Counted from the stretch's first letter, positions 30,101 to 45,467 are shown. The stretch: DNA of 64,000 nucleotides from Eledone cirrhosa (GCA_964016885.1 OZ024741.1:289416001-289480000), one strand, 5' to 3'. Notes: a model not told the origin generated them from the sequence alone. Translations and numbers: made by a program.

Positions 30101-33100
30101 GTAGTGAAAGTGGTGGTGGTGGTAGTGATGGTAGTGTTTGTGGTTGTAGTAGTTAAAGTGGTGGTGGTGGTAGTGATGGTAGTGTTTGTGGTTGTAGTAG
30201 TGAAAGTGGTGGTGGTAGTGATGGTAGTGTTTGTGGTTGTAGTAGTGAAAGTGGTGGTGGTGGTAGTGATGGTAGTGTTTGTGGTTGTAGTAGTGAAAGT
30301 GGTGGTGGTGGTATTGATGGTAGTGTTTGTGGTTGTAGTAGTGATAGTGGTGGTGGTGGTAGTGATGGTAGTGTTTGTGGTTGTAGTAGTGATAGTGGTG
30401 GTGGTGGTAGTGTTGGTAGTGTTTGTGGTTGTAGTAGTGAAAGTGGTGGTGGTGGTATTGATGGTAGTGTTTGTGGTTGTAGTAGTGATAGTGGTGGTGG
30501 TGGTAGTGATGGTAGTGTTTGTGGTTGTAGTAGTGAAAGTGGTGGTGGTGGTATTGATGGTAGTGTTTGTGGTTGTAGTAGTGGTAGTGGTGGTGGTGGT
30601 AGTGATGGTAGTGTTTGTGGTTGTAGTAGTGATAGTGGTGGTGGTGGTAGTGATGGTAGTGTTTGTAGTTGTAGTAGTGAAGGTGGTGGTGGTGGTAGTG
30701 ATGGTAGTGTTTGTAGTTGTAGTAGTGAAGGTGGTGGTGGTGGTAGTGATGGTAGTGTTTGTGGTTGTAGTAGTGATAGTGGTGGTGGTGGTAGTGATGG
30801 TAGTGTTTGTGGTTGTAGTAGTGAAAGTGGTGGTGGTGGTAGTGATGGTAGTGTTTGTAGTTGTAGTAGTGAAAGTGGTGGTGGTGGTAGTGATGGTAGT
30901 GTTTGTAGTTGTAGTAGTGAAAGTGGTGGTGGTGGTAGTGATGGTAGTGTTTGTGGTTGTAGTAGTGAAAGTGGTGGTGGTGGTATTGATGGTAGTGTTT
31001 GTGGTTGTAGTAGTGATAGTGGTGGTGGTGGTAGTGATGGTAGTGTTTGTGGTTGTAGTAGTGATAGTGGTGGTGGTGGTAGTGATGGTAGTGTTTGTGG
31101 TTGTAGTAGTGAAAGTGGTGGTGGTGGTAGTGATGGTAGTGTTTGTGGTTGTAGTAGTGATAGTGGTGGTGGTGGTAGTGATGGTAGTGTTTGTGGTTGT
31201 AGTAGTGAAGGTGGTGGTGGTGGTAGTGATGGTAGTGTTTGTGGTTGTAGTAGTGAAAGTGGTGGTGGTGGTAGTGATGGTAGTGTTTGTAGTTGTAGTA
31301 GTGAAAGTGGTGGTGGTGTTAGTGATGGTAGTGTTTGTGGTTGTAGTAGTGATAGTGGTGGTGGTGGTAGTGATGGTAGTGTTTGTGGTTGTAGTAGTGA
31401 AAGTGGTGGTGGTGGTAGTGTTGGTAGTGTTTGTAGTTGTAGTAGTGAAGGTGGTGGTGGTGGTAGTGATGGTAGTATTTGTGGTTGTAGTAGTGGTAGT
31501 GGTGGTGGTGGTAGTGATGGTAGTGTTTGTGGTTGTAGTAGTGATAGTGGTGGTGGTGGTAGTGATGGTAGTGTTTGTGGTTGTAGTAGTGGTAGTGGTG
31601 GTGGTGGTAGTGATGGTAGTGTTTGTGGTTGTAGTAGTGATAGTGGTGGTGGTGGTAGTGATGGTAGTGTTTATGGTTGTAGTAGTGATAGTGGTGGTGG
31701 TGGTAGTGTTGGTAGTGTTTGTGGTTGTAGTAGTGATAGTGGTGGTGGTGGTAGTGATGGTAGTGTTTGTGGTTGTAGTAGTGATAGTGGTGGTGGTGAT
31801 AGTGATGGTAGTGTTTGTGGTTGTAGTAGTGATAGTGGTGGTGGTGGTAGTGATGGTAGTGTTTGTGGTTGTAGTAGTGATAGTGGTGGTGGTGGTAGTG
31901 ATGGTAGTGTTTGTGGTTGTAGTAGTGATAGTGGTGGTGGTGGTAGTGATGGTAGTGTTTGTGGTTGTAGTAGTGATAGTGGTGGTGGTGGTAGTGTTGG
32001 TAGTGTTTGTGGTTGTAGTAGTGATAGTGGTGGTGGTGGTAGTGATGGTAGTGTTTGTGGTTGTAGTAGTGAAAGTGGTGGTGGTGGTAGTGATGGTAGT
32101 GTTTGTGGTTGTAGTAGTGAAAGTGGTGGTGGTGGTAGTGATGGTAGTGTTTGTGGTTGTAGTAGTGATAGTGGTGGTGGTGGTAGTGATGGTAGTGTTT
32201 GTGGTTGTAGTAGTGATAGTGGTGGTGGTGGTAGTGATGGTAGTGTTTGTAGTTGTAGTAGTGAAGGTGGTGGTGGTGGTAGTGATGGTAGTGTTTGTGG
32301 TTGTAGTAGTGAAAGTGATGGTGGTGGTAGTGATGGTAGTGTTTGTGGTTGTAGTAGTGAAGGTGGTGGTGGTAGTGGTGGTAGTGTTTGTGGTTGTAGT
32401 AGTGAAGGTGGTGGTGGTGGTAGTGATGGTAGTGTTTGTGGTTGTAGTAGTGGTAGTGGTGGTGGTGGTAGTGATGGTAGTGTTTGTGGTTGTAGTAGTG
32501 ATAGTGGTGGTGGTGGTAGAGTTGCTAGTGTTTGTGGTTGTAGTAGTGAGAGTGGTGGTGGTGGTAGTGATGGTAGTGTTTGTGGTTGTAGTAGTGATAG
32601 TGGTGGTGGTGGTGGTAGTGATGGTAGTGTTTGTGGTTGTAGTAGTGAAAGTGGTGGTGGTGGTATTGATGGTAGTGTTTGTGGTTGTAGTAGTGAAAGT
32701 GGTGGTGGTGGTAGTGATGGTAGTGTTTGTGGTTGTAGTAGTGAAAGTGGTGGTGGTGGTAGTGATGGTAGTGTTTGTGGTTGTAGTAGTGAAAGTGGTG
32801 GTGGTGGTAGTGATGGTAGTGTTTGTGGTTGTAGTAGTGAAAGTGGTGGTGGTGGTAGTGATGGTAGTATTTGTGGTTGTAGTAGTGATAGTGGTGGTGG
32901 TGGTAGTGATGGTAGTGTTTGTGGTTGTAATAGTGATAGTGGTGGTGGTGGTAGTGATGGTAGTGTTTGTGGTTGTAGTAGTGAAAGTGGTGGTGGTGGT
33001 AGTGATGGTAGTGTTTGTGGTTGTAATAGTGATAGTGGTGGTGGTGGTAGTGATGGTAGTGTTTGTGGTTGTAGTAGTGAAAGTGGTGGTGGTGGTAGTG

Positions 33101-36100
33101 AAGGTAGTGTTTGTGGTTGTAGTAGTGGTAGTGGTGGTGGTGGTAGTGATGGTAGTGTTTGTAGTTGTAGTAGTGATAGTGGTGGTGGTGGTAGTGAAGG
33201 TAGTGTTTGTGGTTGTAGTAGTGAAAGTGGTGGTGGTGGTAGTGAAGGTAGTGTTTGTGGTTGTAGTAGTGAAAGTGGTGGTGGTGGTAGTGATGGTAGT
33301 GTTTGCTGTTGTAGTAGTGAAAGTGGTGGTGGTGGTAGTGATGGTAGTGTTTGTGGTTGTAGTAGTGATAGTAGTGGTGGTGGTAGTGATGGTAGTGTTT
33401 GTGGTTATAGTAGTGATAGTGGTGGTGGTGGTATTGATGGTAGTGTTTGTGGTTGTAGTAGTGAAAGTGGTGGTGGTGGTAGTGATGTTAGTGTTTGTGG
33501 TTGTAGTAGTGATAGTAGTGGTGGTGGTGGTAGTGATGGTAGTGTTTGTGGTTGTAGTAGTGAAAGTGGTGTTGGTGGTAGTGATGGTAGTGTTTGTGGT
33601 TGTAGTAGTGATAGTGGTGGTGGTGGTAGTGATGGTAGTGTTTGTGGTTGTAGTAGTGAAAGTGGTGGTGGTGGTAGTGATGGTAGTGTTTGTGGTTGTA
33701 GTAGTGATAGTGGTGGTGGTGGTAGTGATGGTAGTGTTTGTGGTTGTAGTAGTGAAAGTGGTGGTGGTGGTGGTGGTAGTGTTTGTGGTTGTAGTAGTGA
33801 AAGTGGTGGTGGTGGTAGTGATGGTAGTGTTTGTGGTTGTAGTAGTGAAAGTGGTGGTGGTAGTGGTGGTAGTGTTTGTGGTTGTAGTAGTGAAAGTGGT
33901 GGTGGTGGTAGTGATGGTAGTGTTTGTGGTTGTAGTAGTGAAAGTGGTGGTGGTGGTAGTGATGGTAGTGTTTGTGGTTGTAGTAGTGATAGTGGTGGTG
34001 GTGGTAGTGACGGTAGTGTTTGTGGTTGTAGTAGTGAAAGTGGTGGTGGTGGTAGTGATGGTAGTGTTTGTGGTTGTAGTAGTGAAAGTGGTGGTGGTGG
34101 TAGTGATGGTAGTGTTTGTGGTTGTAGTAGTGAAAGTGGTGGTGGTGGTAGTGATGGTAGTGTTTGTGGTTGTAGTAGTGATAGTGGTGGTGGTGGTAGT
34201 GATGGTAGTATTTGTGGTTGTAGTAGTGAAAGTGGTGGTGGTGGTATTGATGGTAGTGTTTGTGGTTGTAGTAGTGATAGTGGTGGTGGTGGTAGTGATG
34301 GTAGTGTTTGTGGTTGTAGTAGTGAAAGTGGTGGTGGTGGTAGTGATGGTAGTGTTTGTGGTTGTAGTAGTGGTAGTGGTGGTGGTGGTAGTGATGGTAG
34401 TGTTTGTGGTTGTAGTAGTGATAGTGGTGGTGGTGGTAGTGTTGGTAGTGTTTGTGGTTGTAGTAGTGATAGTGGTGGTGGTGGTAGTGATGGTAGTGTT
34501 TGTGGTTGTAGTAGTGATAGTGGTGGTGGTGGTAGTGATGGTAGTGTTTGTGGTTGTAGTAGTGATAGTGGTGGTGGTGGTAGTGATGGTAGTGTTTGTG
34601 GTTGTAGTAGTGATAGTGGTGGTGGTGGTAGTGATGGTAGTGTTTGTGGTTGTAGTAGTGAAGGTGGTGGTGGTGGTAGTGATGGTAGTGTTTGTGGTTG
34701 TAGTAGTGAAAGTGATGGTGGTGGTAGTGATGGTAGTGTTTGTGGTTGTAGTAGTGAAGGTGGTGGTGGTAGTGGTGGTAGTGTTTGTGGTTGTAGTAGT
34801 GAAGGTGGTGGTGGTGGTAGTGATGGTAGTGTTTGTGGTTGTAGTAGTGGTAGTGGTGGTGGTGGTAGTGATGGTAGTGTTTGTGGTTGTAGTAGTGATA
34901 GTGGTGGTGGTGGTAGAGTTGCTAGTGTTTGTGGTTGTAGTAGTGAGAGTGGTGGTGGTGGTAGTGATGGTAGTGTTTGTGGTTGTAGTAGTGATAGTGG
35001 TGGTGGTGGTGGTAGTGATGGTAGTGTTTGTGGTTGTAGTAGTGAAAGTGGTGGTGGTGGTATTGATGGTAGTGTTTGTGGTTGTAGTAGTGAAAGTGGT
35101 GGTGGTGGTAGTGATGGTAGTGTTTGTGGTTGTAATAGTGATAGTGGTGGTGGTGGTAGTGATGGTAGTGTTTGTGGTTGTAGTAATGAAAGTGGTGGTG
35201 GTGGTAGTGAAGGTAGTGTTTGTGGTTGTAGTAGTGGTAGTGGTGGTGGTGGTAGTGATGGTAGTGTTTGTAGTTGTAGTAGTGATAGTGGTGGTGGTGG
35301 TAGTGAAGGTAGTGTTTGTGGTTGTAGTAGTGAAAGTGGTGGTGGTGGTAGTGAAGGTAGTGTTTGTGGTTGTAGTAGTGAAAGTGGTGGTGGTGGTAGT
35401 GATGGTAGTGTTTGCTGTTGTAGTAGTGAAAGTGGTGGTGGTGGTAGTGATGGTAGTGTTTGTGGTTGTAGTAGTGATAGTAGTGGTGGTGGTAGTGATG
35501 GTAGTGTTTGTGGTTGTAGTAGTGATAGTGGTGGTGGTGGTATTGATGGTAGTGTTTGTGGTTGTAGTAGTGAAAGTGGTGGTGGTGGTAGTGATGGTAG
35601 TGTTTGTGGTTGTAGTAGTGATAGTGGTGGTGGTGGTGGTAGTGATGGTAGTGTTTGTGGTTGTAGTAGTGAAAGTGGTGTTGGTGGTAGTGATGGTAGT
35701 GTTTGTGGTTGTAGTAGTGATAGTGGTGGTGGTGGTAGTGATGGTAGTGTTTGTGGTTGTAGTAGTGAAAGTGGTGGTGGTGGTAGTGATGGTAGTATTT
35801 GTGGTTGTAGTAGTGATAGTGGTGGTGGTGGTAGTGATGGTAGTGTTTGTGGTTGTAATAGTGATAGTGGTGGTGGTGGTAGTGATGGTAGTGTTTGTGG
35901 TTGTAGTAGTGAAAGTGGTGGTGGTGGTAGTGATGGTAGTGTTTGTGGTTGTAATAGTGATAGTGGTGGTGGTGGTAGTGATGGTAGTGTTTGTGGTTGT
36001 AGTAGTGAAAGTGGTGGTGGTGGTAGTGAAGGTAGTGTTTGTGGTTGTAGTAGTGGTAGTGGTGGTGGTGGTAGTGATGGTAGTGTTTGTAGTTGTAGTA

Positions 36101-39100
36101 GTGATAGTGGTGGTGGTGGTAGTGAAGGTAGTGTTTGTGGTTGTAGTAGTGAAAGTGGTGGTGGTGGTAGTGAAGGTAGTGTTTGTGGTTGTAGTAGTGA
36201 AAGTGGTGGTGGTGGTAGTGATGGTAGTGTTTGCTGTTGTAGTAGTGAAAGTGGTGGTGGTGGTAGTGATGGTAGTGTTTGTGGTTGTAGTAGTGATAGT
36301 AGTGGTGGTGGTAGTGATGGTAGTGTTTGTGGTTATAGTAGTGATAGTGGTGGTGGTGGTATTGATGGTAGTGTTTGTGGTTGTAGTAGTGAAAGTGGTG
36401 GTGGTGGTAGTGATGGTAGTGTTTGTGGTTGTAGTAGTGATAGTAGTGGTGGTGGTGGTAGTGATGGTAGTGTTTGTGGTTGTAGTAGTGAAAGTGGTGT
36501 TGGTGGTAGTGATGGTAGTGTTTGTGGTTGTAGTAGTGATAGTGGTGGTGGTGGTAGTGATGGTAGTGTTTGTGGTTGTAGTAGTGAAAGTGGTGGTGGT
36601 GGTAGTGATGGTAGTGTTTGTGGTTGTAGTAGTGATAGTGGTGGTGGTGGTAGTGATGGTAGTGTTTGTGGTTGTAGTAGTGAAAGTGGTGGTGGTGGTG
36701 GTGGTAGTGTTTGTGGTTGTAGTAGTGAAAGTGGTGGTGGTGGTAGTGATGGTAGTGTTTGTGGTTGTAGTAGTGAAAGTGGTGGTGGTAGTGGTGGTAG
36801 TGTTTGTGGTTGTAGTAGTGAAAGTGGTGGTGGTGGTAGTGATGGTAGTGTTTGTGGTTGTAGTAGTGAAAGTGGTGGTGGTGGTAGTGATGGTAGTGTT
36901 TGTGGTTGTAGTAGTGATAGTGGTGGTGGTGGTAGTGACGGTAGTGTTTGTGGTTGTAGTAGTGAAAGTGGTGGTGGTGGTAGTGATGGTAGTGTTTGTG
37001 GTTGTAGTAGTGAAAGTGGTGGTGGTGGTAGTGATGGTAGTGTTTGTGGTTGTAGTAGTGAAAGTGGTGGTGGTGGTAGTGATGGTAGTGTTTGTGGTTG
37101 TAGTAGTGATAGTGGTGGTGGTGGTAGTGATGGTAGTGTTTGTGGTTGTAGTAGTGAAAGTGGTGGTGGTGGTATTGATGGTAGTGTTTGTGGTTGTAGT
37201 AGTGATAGTGGTGGTGGTGGTAGTGATGGTAGTGTTTGTGGTTGTAGTAGTGAAAGTGGTGGTGGTGGTAGTGATGGTAGTGTTTGTGGTTGTAGTAGTG
37301 GTAGTGGTGGTGGTGGTAGTGATGGTAGTGTTTGTGGTTGTAGTAGTGATAGTGGTGGTGGTGGTAGTGTTGGTAGTGTTTGTGGTTGTAGTAGTGATAG
37401 TGGTGGTGGTGGTAGTGATGGTAGTGTTTGTGGTTGTAGTAGTGATAGTGGTGGTGGTGGTAGTGATGGTAGTGTTTGTGGTTGTAGTAGTGATAGTGGT
37501 GGTGGTGGTAGTGATGGTAGTGTTTGTGGTTGTAGTAGTGATAGTGGTGGTGGTGGTAGTGATGGTAGTGTTTGTGGTTGTAGTAGTGAAGGTGGTGGTG
37601 GTGGTAGTGATGGTAGTGTTTGTGGTTGTAGTAGTGAAAGTGATGGTGGTGGTAGTGATGGTAGTGTTTGTGGTTGTAGTAGTGAAGGTGGTGGTGGTAG
37701 TGGTGGTAGTGTTTGTGGTTGTAGTAGTGAAGGTGGTAGTGGTGGTAGTGATGGTAGTGTTTGTGGTTGTAGTAGTGGTAGTGGTGGTGGTGGTAGTGAT
37801 GGTAGTGTTTGTGGTTGTAGTAGTGATAGTGGTGGTGCTGGTAGAGTTGCTAGTGTTTGTGGTTGTAGTAGTGAGAGTGGTGGTGGTGGTAGTGATGGTA
37901 GTGTTTGTGGTTGTAGTAGTGATAGTGGTGGTGGTGGTGGTAGTGATGGTAGTGTTTGTGGTTGTAGTAGTGAAAGTGGTGGTGGTGGTATTGATGGTAG
38001 TGTTTGTGGTTGTAGTAGTGAAAGTGGTGGTGGTGGTAGTGATGGTAGTGTTTGTGGTTGTAATAGTGATAGTGGTGGTGGTGGTAGTGATGGTAGTGTT
38101 TGTGGTTGTAGTAATGAAAGTGGTGGTGGTGGTAGTGAAGGTAGTGTTTGTGGTTGTAGTAGTGGTAGTGGTGGTGGTGGTAGTGATGGTAGTGTTTGTA
38201 GTTGTAGTAGTGATAGTGGTGGTGGTGGTAGTGAAGGTAGTGTTTGTGGTTGTAGTAGTGAAAGTGGTGGTGGTGGTAGTGAAGGTAGTGTTTGTGGTTG
38301 TAGTAGTGAAAGTGGTGGTGGTGGTAGTGATGGTAGTGTTTGCTGTTGTAGTAGTGAAAGTGGTGGTGGTGGTAGTGATGGTAGTGTTTGTGGTTGTAGT
38401 AGTGATAGTAGTGGTGGTGGTAGTGATGGTAGTGTTTGTGGTTGTAGTAGTGATAGTGGTGGTGGTGGTATTGATGGTAGTGTTTGTGGTTGTAGTAGTG
38501 AAAGTGGTGGTGGTGGTAGTGATGGTAGTGTTTGTGGTTGTAGTAGTGATAGTAGTGGTGGTGGTGGTAGTGATGGTAGTGTTTGTGGTTGTAGTAGTGA
38601 AAGTGGTGTTGGTGGTAGTGATGGTAGTGTTTGTGGTTGTAGTAGTGATAGTGGTGGTGGTGGTAGTGATGGTAGTGTTTGTGGTTGTAGTAGTGAAAGT
38701 GGTGGTGGTGGTAGTGATGGTAGTGTTTGTGGTTGTAGTAGTGATAGTGGTGGTGGTGGTAGTGATGGTAGTGTTTGTGGTTGTAGTAGTGAAAGTGGTG
38801 GTGGTGGTGGTGGTAGTGTTTGTGGTTGTAGTAGTGAAAGTGGTGGTGGTGGTAGTGATGGTAGTGTTTGTGATTGTAGTAGTGAAAGTGGTGGTGGTAG
38901 TGGTGGTAGTGTTTGTGGTTGTAGTAGTGAAAGTGGTGGTGGTGGTAGTGATGGTAGTGTTTGTGGTTGTAGTAGTGAAAGTGGTGGTGGTGGTAGTGAT
39001 GGTAGTGTTTGTGGTTGTAGTAGTGATAGTGGTGGTGGTGGTAGTGATGGTAGTGTTTGTGGTTGTAGTAGTGAAAGTGGTGGTGGTGGTAGTGATGGTA

Positions 39101-41232
39101 GTGTTTGTGGTTGTAGTAGTGAAAGTGGTGGTGGTGGTAGTGATGGTAGTGTTTGTGGTTGTAGTAGTGAAAGTGGTGGTGGTGGTAGTGATGGTAGTGT
39201 TTGTGGTTGTAGTAGTGATAGTGGTGGTGGTGGTAGTGATGGTAGTGTTTGTGGTTGTAGTAGTGAAAGTGGTGGTGGTGGTATTGATGGTAGTGTTTGT
39301 GGTTGTAGTAGTGATAGTGGTGGTGGTGGTAGTGATGGTAGTGTTTGTGGTTGTAGTAGTGAAAGTGGTGGTGGTGGTAGTGATGGTAGTGTTTGTGGTT
39401 GTAGTAGTGGTAGTGGTGGTCGTGGTAGTGATGGTAGTGTTTGTGGTTGTAGTAGTGATAGTGGTGGTGGTGGTAGTGTTGGTAGTGTTTGTGGTTGTAG
39501 TAGTGATAGTGGTGGTGGTGGTAGTGTTGGTAGTGTTTGTGGTTGTAGTAGTGAAGGTGGTGGTGGTGGTATTGATGGTAGTGTTTGTGGTTGTAGTAGT
39601 GAAAGTGGTGGTGGTGGTAGTGATGGTAGTGTTCGTAGTTGTAGTAGTAAAAGTGGTGGTGGTGGTAGTGATGGTAGTGTTTGTGGTTGTAGTAGTGAAG
39701 GTGGTGGTGGTGGTAGTGATGGTAGTGTTTGTGGTTGTAGTAGTGATAGTGGTGGTGGTGGTAGTGATGGTAGTGTTTGTGGTTGTAGTAGTGAAGGTGG
39801 TGGTGGTGGTAGTGATGGTAGTGTTTGTGGTTGTAGTAGTGATAGTGGTGGTGGTGGTAGTGATGGTAGTGTTTGTGGTTGTAGTAGTGATAGTGGTGGT
39901 GGTGGTAGTGATGGTAGTGTTTGTGTTTGTAGTAGTGAAAGTGGTGGTGGTGGTAGTGATGGTAGTGTTTGTGGTTGTAGTAGTGAAAGTGGTGGTGGTG
40001 GTATTGATGGTAGTGTTTGTGGTTGTAGTAGTGATAGTGGTGGTGGTGGTAGTGATGGTAGTGTTTGTGGTTGTAGTAGTGAAAGTGGTGGTGGTGGTAG
40101 TGATGGTAGTGTTTGTGGTTGTAGTAGTGATAGTAGTGGTGGTGGTGGTAGTAGTGTTTGTGGTTGTAGTAGTGAAAGTGGTGGTGGTGGTAGTGATGGT
40201 AGTGTTTCTGGTTGTAGTAGTGAAGGTGGTGGTGGTGGTAGTGATGGTAGTGTTTGTGGTTGTAGTAGTGCAAGTGGTGGTGGTGGTAGTGATGGTAGTG
40301 TCTGTGGTTGTAGTAGTGATAGTGGTGGTGGTGGTAATGATGGTAGTGTTTGTGGTTGTAGTAGTGATAGTGGTGGTGGTGGTAGTGTTGGTAGTGTTTG
40401 TGGTTGTAGTAGTGATAGTGGTGGTGGTGGTAGTGTTGGTAGTGTTTGTGGTTGTAGTAGTGATAGTGGTGGTGGTGGTAGTGATGGTAGTGTTTGTGGT
40501 TGTAGTAGTGATAGTGGTGGTGGTGGTAGTGATGGTAGTGTTTGTAGTTGTAGTAGTTAAAGTGGTGGTGGTGGTAGTGTTGGTAGTGTTTGTGGTTGTA
40601 GTAGTGATAGTGGTGGTGGTGGTAGTGATGGTAGTGTTTGTGGTTGTAGTAGTGATAGTGGTGGTGGTGGTAGTGATGGTAGTGTTTGTGGTTGTAGTAG
40701 TGAAAGTGGTGGTGGTGGTAGTGATGGTAGTGTTTGTGGTTGTAGTAGTGAAAGTGGTGGTGGTGGTATTGATGGTAGTGTTTGTGATTGTAGTAGTGAA
40801 AGTGGTGGTGGTGGTAGTGTTGGTAGTGTTTGTGGTTGTAGTAGTGAAAGTGGTGGTGGTGGTAGTGATGGTAGTGTTTGTGGTTGTAGTAGTGAAAGTG
40901 GTGGTGGTGGTGGTAGTGATGGTAGTGTTTGTGGTTGTAGTAGTGAAAGTGGTGGTGGTGGTAGTGATGGTAGTGTTTGTGGTTGTAGTAGTGAAGGTGG
41001 TGGTGGTGGTAGTGATGGTAGTGTTTGTGGTTGTAGTAGTGAAAGTGGTGGTGGTGGTAGTGATGGTAGTGTTTGTGGTTGTAGTAGTGAAAGTGGTGGT
41101 GTTGGTAGTGTTGCTAGTGTTTGTAGTTGTAGTAGCGATAGTGGTGGTGGTGGTAGTGATGGTAGTGTTTGTGGTTGTAGTAGTGAAAGTGGTGGTGGTG
41201 GTAGTGTTGCTAGTGTTTGTAGTTGTAGTAGT
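24195..41232. repeat. ~17-kb tandem array of a 48-bp unit (~355 copies)
   Basis: Unit AGTGATGGTAGTGTTTGTGGTTGTAGTAGTGA(T/A)AGTGGTGGTGGTGGT. Indels are +/-3 nt (GGT). Multi-kb higher-order duplications are present. Confidence 0.98.
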
Positions 41233-41914
41233 AAATGTAGTGGTGTTGACGGCGATGATGGTGATGTTTGTGTTTGCTCTAATGCTGTTGGTTATGACGG
41301 CGATGATTGTCGTGTTTGTGATAGTGATGGTGGTGGTAATGGTTGTGTATGTGGTTATAGTAGTTGAGCTGTTAGCGTGGTGGAGTTGGTGTTGGTGGTG
41401 GAGTTGGTGGTGGTGGTGGTGGTGGTGGTGGTGATGCTGGATTTTTACTATGTTTATGGTGTTGTTGTTTATGGTTTATGTTTAAGGTGTTATTGTAATA
41501 GATGATGATGATGATCATCTTCAGAGTGTCGTTGAGATCGTAGTCTTAGCTCTTACGATGGTAATGCTGTCGTTAATGGTGGCGGTGGTGGAGCTTAGAC
41601 TATTTATAGTGAGGGTAATGGTGCTGGTGCTGATCATGATGCTGATGATACTGCTCGTGATAGTGATGGGGTTGGTAACAATTATGTTGGTGGTGGTTAT
41701 TGTGGTAATGATGAGAGTGTTGTTATGATAGTGTTAGAGATGGTGGCTGTTATAATAGAGTGGTATTGTCCGTGGCAGTGGATATTAGTGGTATGAAATG
41801 GGGTCGTGGGGGAGTATTTGGGGTGGGGAACACGATGGTGTTCGTCTGACGTCTATGGATGTACCACTGATGGCGATATTAAATTTTAGAAATAATTATT
41901 TTCAACAGCTATCT

Positions 41915-43675
<1,761 letters not shown>

Positions 43676-44223
43676 GCCAGTTATGCACATATATACAACT
43701 ATCTCTGTACCTAGCAACTCTTATTTTGAACATCTGAAGTTAAATATATCTAAATACACAACCAGTGTCCACCAATTCTTGAGACATCTCAATATCCAGT
43801 ATAGACAGTTCTATTTTTGTGTTCTTATCATTTTCTTAATATCTAACGCCATGGCAAATTTTCCTTACAAGCACAGATAATCAATCTGCTAGAAATAGCC
43901 ATTAAATATTCCTCTTAAGCCACACAATACCTTCTTAAATATCGAAAGGATACGCCATAATATTTTCTACATTAGTTCATTTCTGCCGGCTAAATACCGG
44001 GATTCTACCAACAGCTTCTATCTCTTGTCGGTTACCGTCAAGTCCTCTCCTATCCATGAACCCCAAACTGCCGTTTTTCTCCACAAAATTCGGTATAGTG
44101 CCTACCACATAAGATGAAGCCCCGTGTGATGGTATAGCTGATGCAGCGTTTGTCAGTGTCTTTTCTCCGTGGCAATGCCTTCGCTATTTTCTCTGTCGGA
44201 TGCAACTTAGTTACTGTCTAAAC

Positions 44224-44515
44224 CAAGCATGGGCAACCTTTTTCAAGAAGCGGGCCGCATGAGCTATGGCTCATCATCAGGCGGGCTGCAAGCTCTAATT
44301 TACATTCGTGCCCACATTAAAAAAAAACGGCGGTAACTCAGGTTCTTTTGATTTGTTTCTTCAGAATTCGTACACGTTGTTTTCCTCGACCGTAAAAATA
44401 AGAGAAAGATAAATTACGACTGAAAATTTGGGGTAAAAAAATCAGAAAAATTTCACTTAGGTGACTTAGGCGAGCCATTCAGAAAGTTTCGTGGGCCGCA
44501 GGTTGCCCCTGACTG
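44224..44515. mobile_element. hAT (Charlie-type) MITE
   Basis: TIRs CAAGCATGGGCAACCT / AGGTTGCCCCTGACTG. 8-bp TSD GTCTAAAC (44216-44223) / GTCTAGAC (44516-44523) fits the NTCTAGAN target preference. Confidence 0.8.
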
Positions 44516-45185
44516 GTCTAGACTATCTGCCACCCCCTCTACTTTCTCCTTACATTTGGTATGTAATATTTATTTCGTTCGTATTTTCTTTTATTATTGC
44601 AAACAATATATAATTTAAATGGAGTTTGCTGAATAAAAAAATGACATAGTTTCTCTTCTTTAATCTATTACCACTTAAGACAAGTAAAAAACCCTAGTGA
44701 TTTCCTTGGCAACTGCTACATGCATATAATGGAAATGTCCCCGAGAGATTTCAAACGTGGTTCCCCTGTCTTCTCACTGGGCACTCGGAATGTAAAGAAT
44801 CATCGCAAATACCGAAAGACATTGTGTCGAAAGCTCTAGCATCACTGTCAGTTCCCTGGCCTCTAATATATCATCGCTGGGAAATAAGCAAGACATGACT
44901 AACATAGGGTGTATTTGCTAAAATATACAGGTTTCAGCACCCACACTCATACATCTATATGTAAATATATATATATCTATATATAGGTGTATGTTGACTA
45001 AAAAATGTATACGCTGACTATAAAGATTTGATGGTGGAACTGAGAAATCTTGCATGCCTTAATTTCAAGTCTTATTAATAACTGCATCGTTTCTTTCGAG
45101 GGACTATGTTGAAAAATGAATCTCTTGTGTCATTCAATGAGAGTATCCTGGAGAGCCTTTGAACTTTTCAGCCGATCTTTGTTTG

Positions 45186-45243
<58 letters not shown>

Positions 45244-45292
45244 TGTGCGATACCCCTCCAACCCAGCTGCGTATGTCAATCCTGTTCATGGA

Positions 45293-45467
45293 AATAATTG
45301 TTTCTACTTTTTGGCACAAGGCCAGCAATTACCCAGTGCATTACTGGCACTTTATTTTATCGACCCCGTAAGGATGAAAGGCAAAGTTAACCTCGGCGGC
45401 ATTTGAACTCAGAATGACAAGGGCCGTAACTCTTTGCGTCAAAGCATGGCGTCCGACCCTCTACCGA
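45293..45467 (-). mobile_element. tRNA-derived SINE copy
   Basis: Family match. It abuts the decayed RTE fragment. Confidence 0.85.

Noticed and set aside
37850-40273. His/Tyr-rich 807-aa ORF (-)
   Set aside because: The frame is interrupted by several stops along the array, and the start is a chance TTG.
24195-41232. CRISPR array
   Set aside because: The units are contiguous with no unique spacers, there are no cas genes, and the context is eukaryotic.
24082-41367. Gly/Ser/Cys-rich repeat frame ([16 protein letters not shown])n (+)
   Set aside because: It resembles a structural protein but is broken by in-frame TAA at 24559, 24937, 29632, 30154 and 40558.
24152-41434. 5760-aa poly-Val ORF (+)
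   Set aside because: It is a compositional shadow of GTN triplets. About 80% Val over 5,700 residues is not a plausible protein, and the start is TTG.
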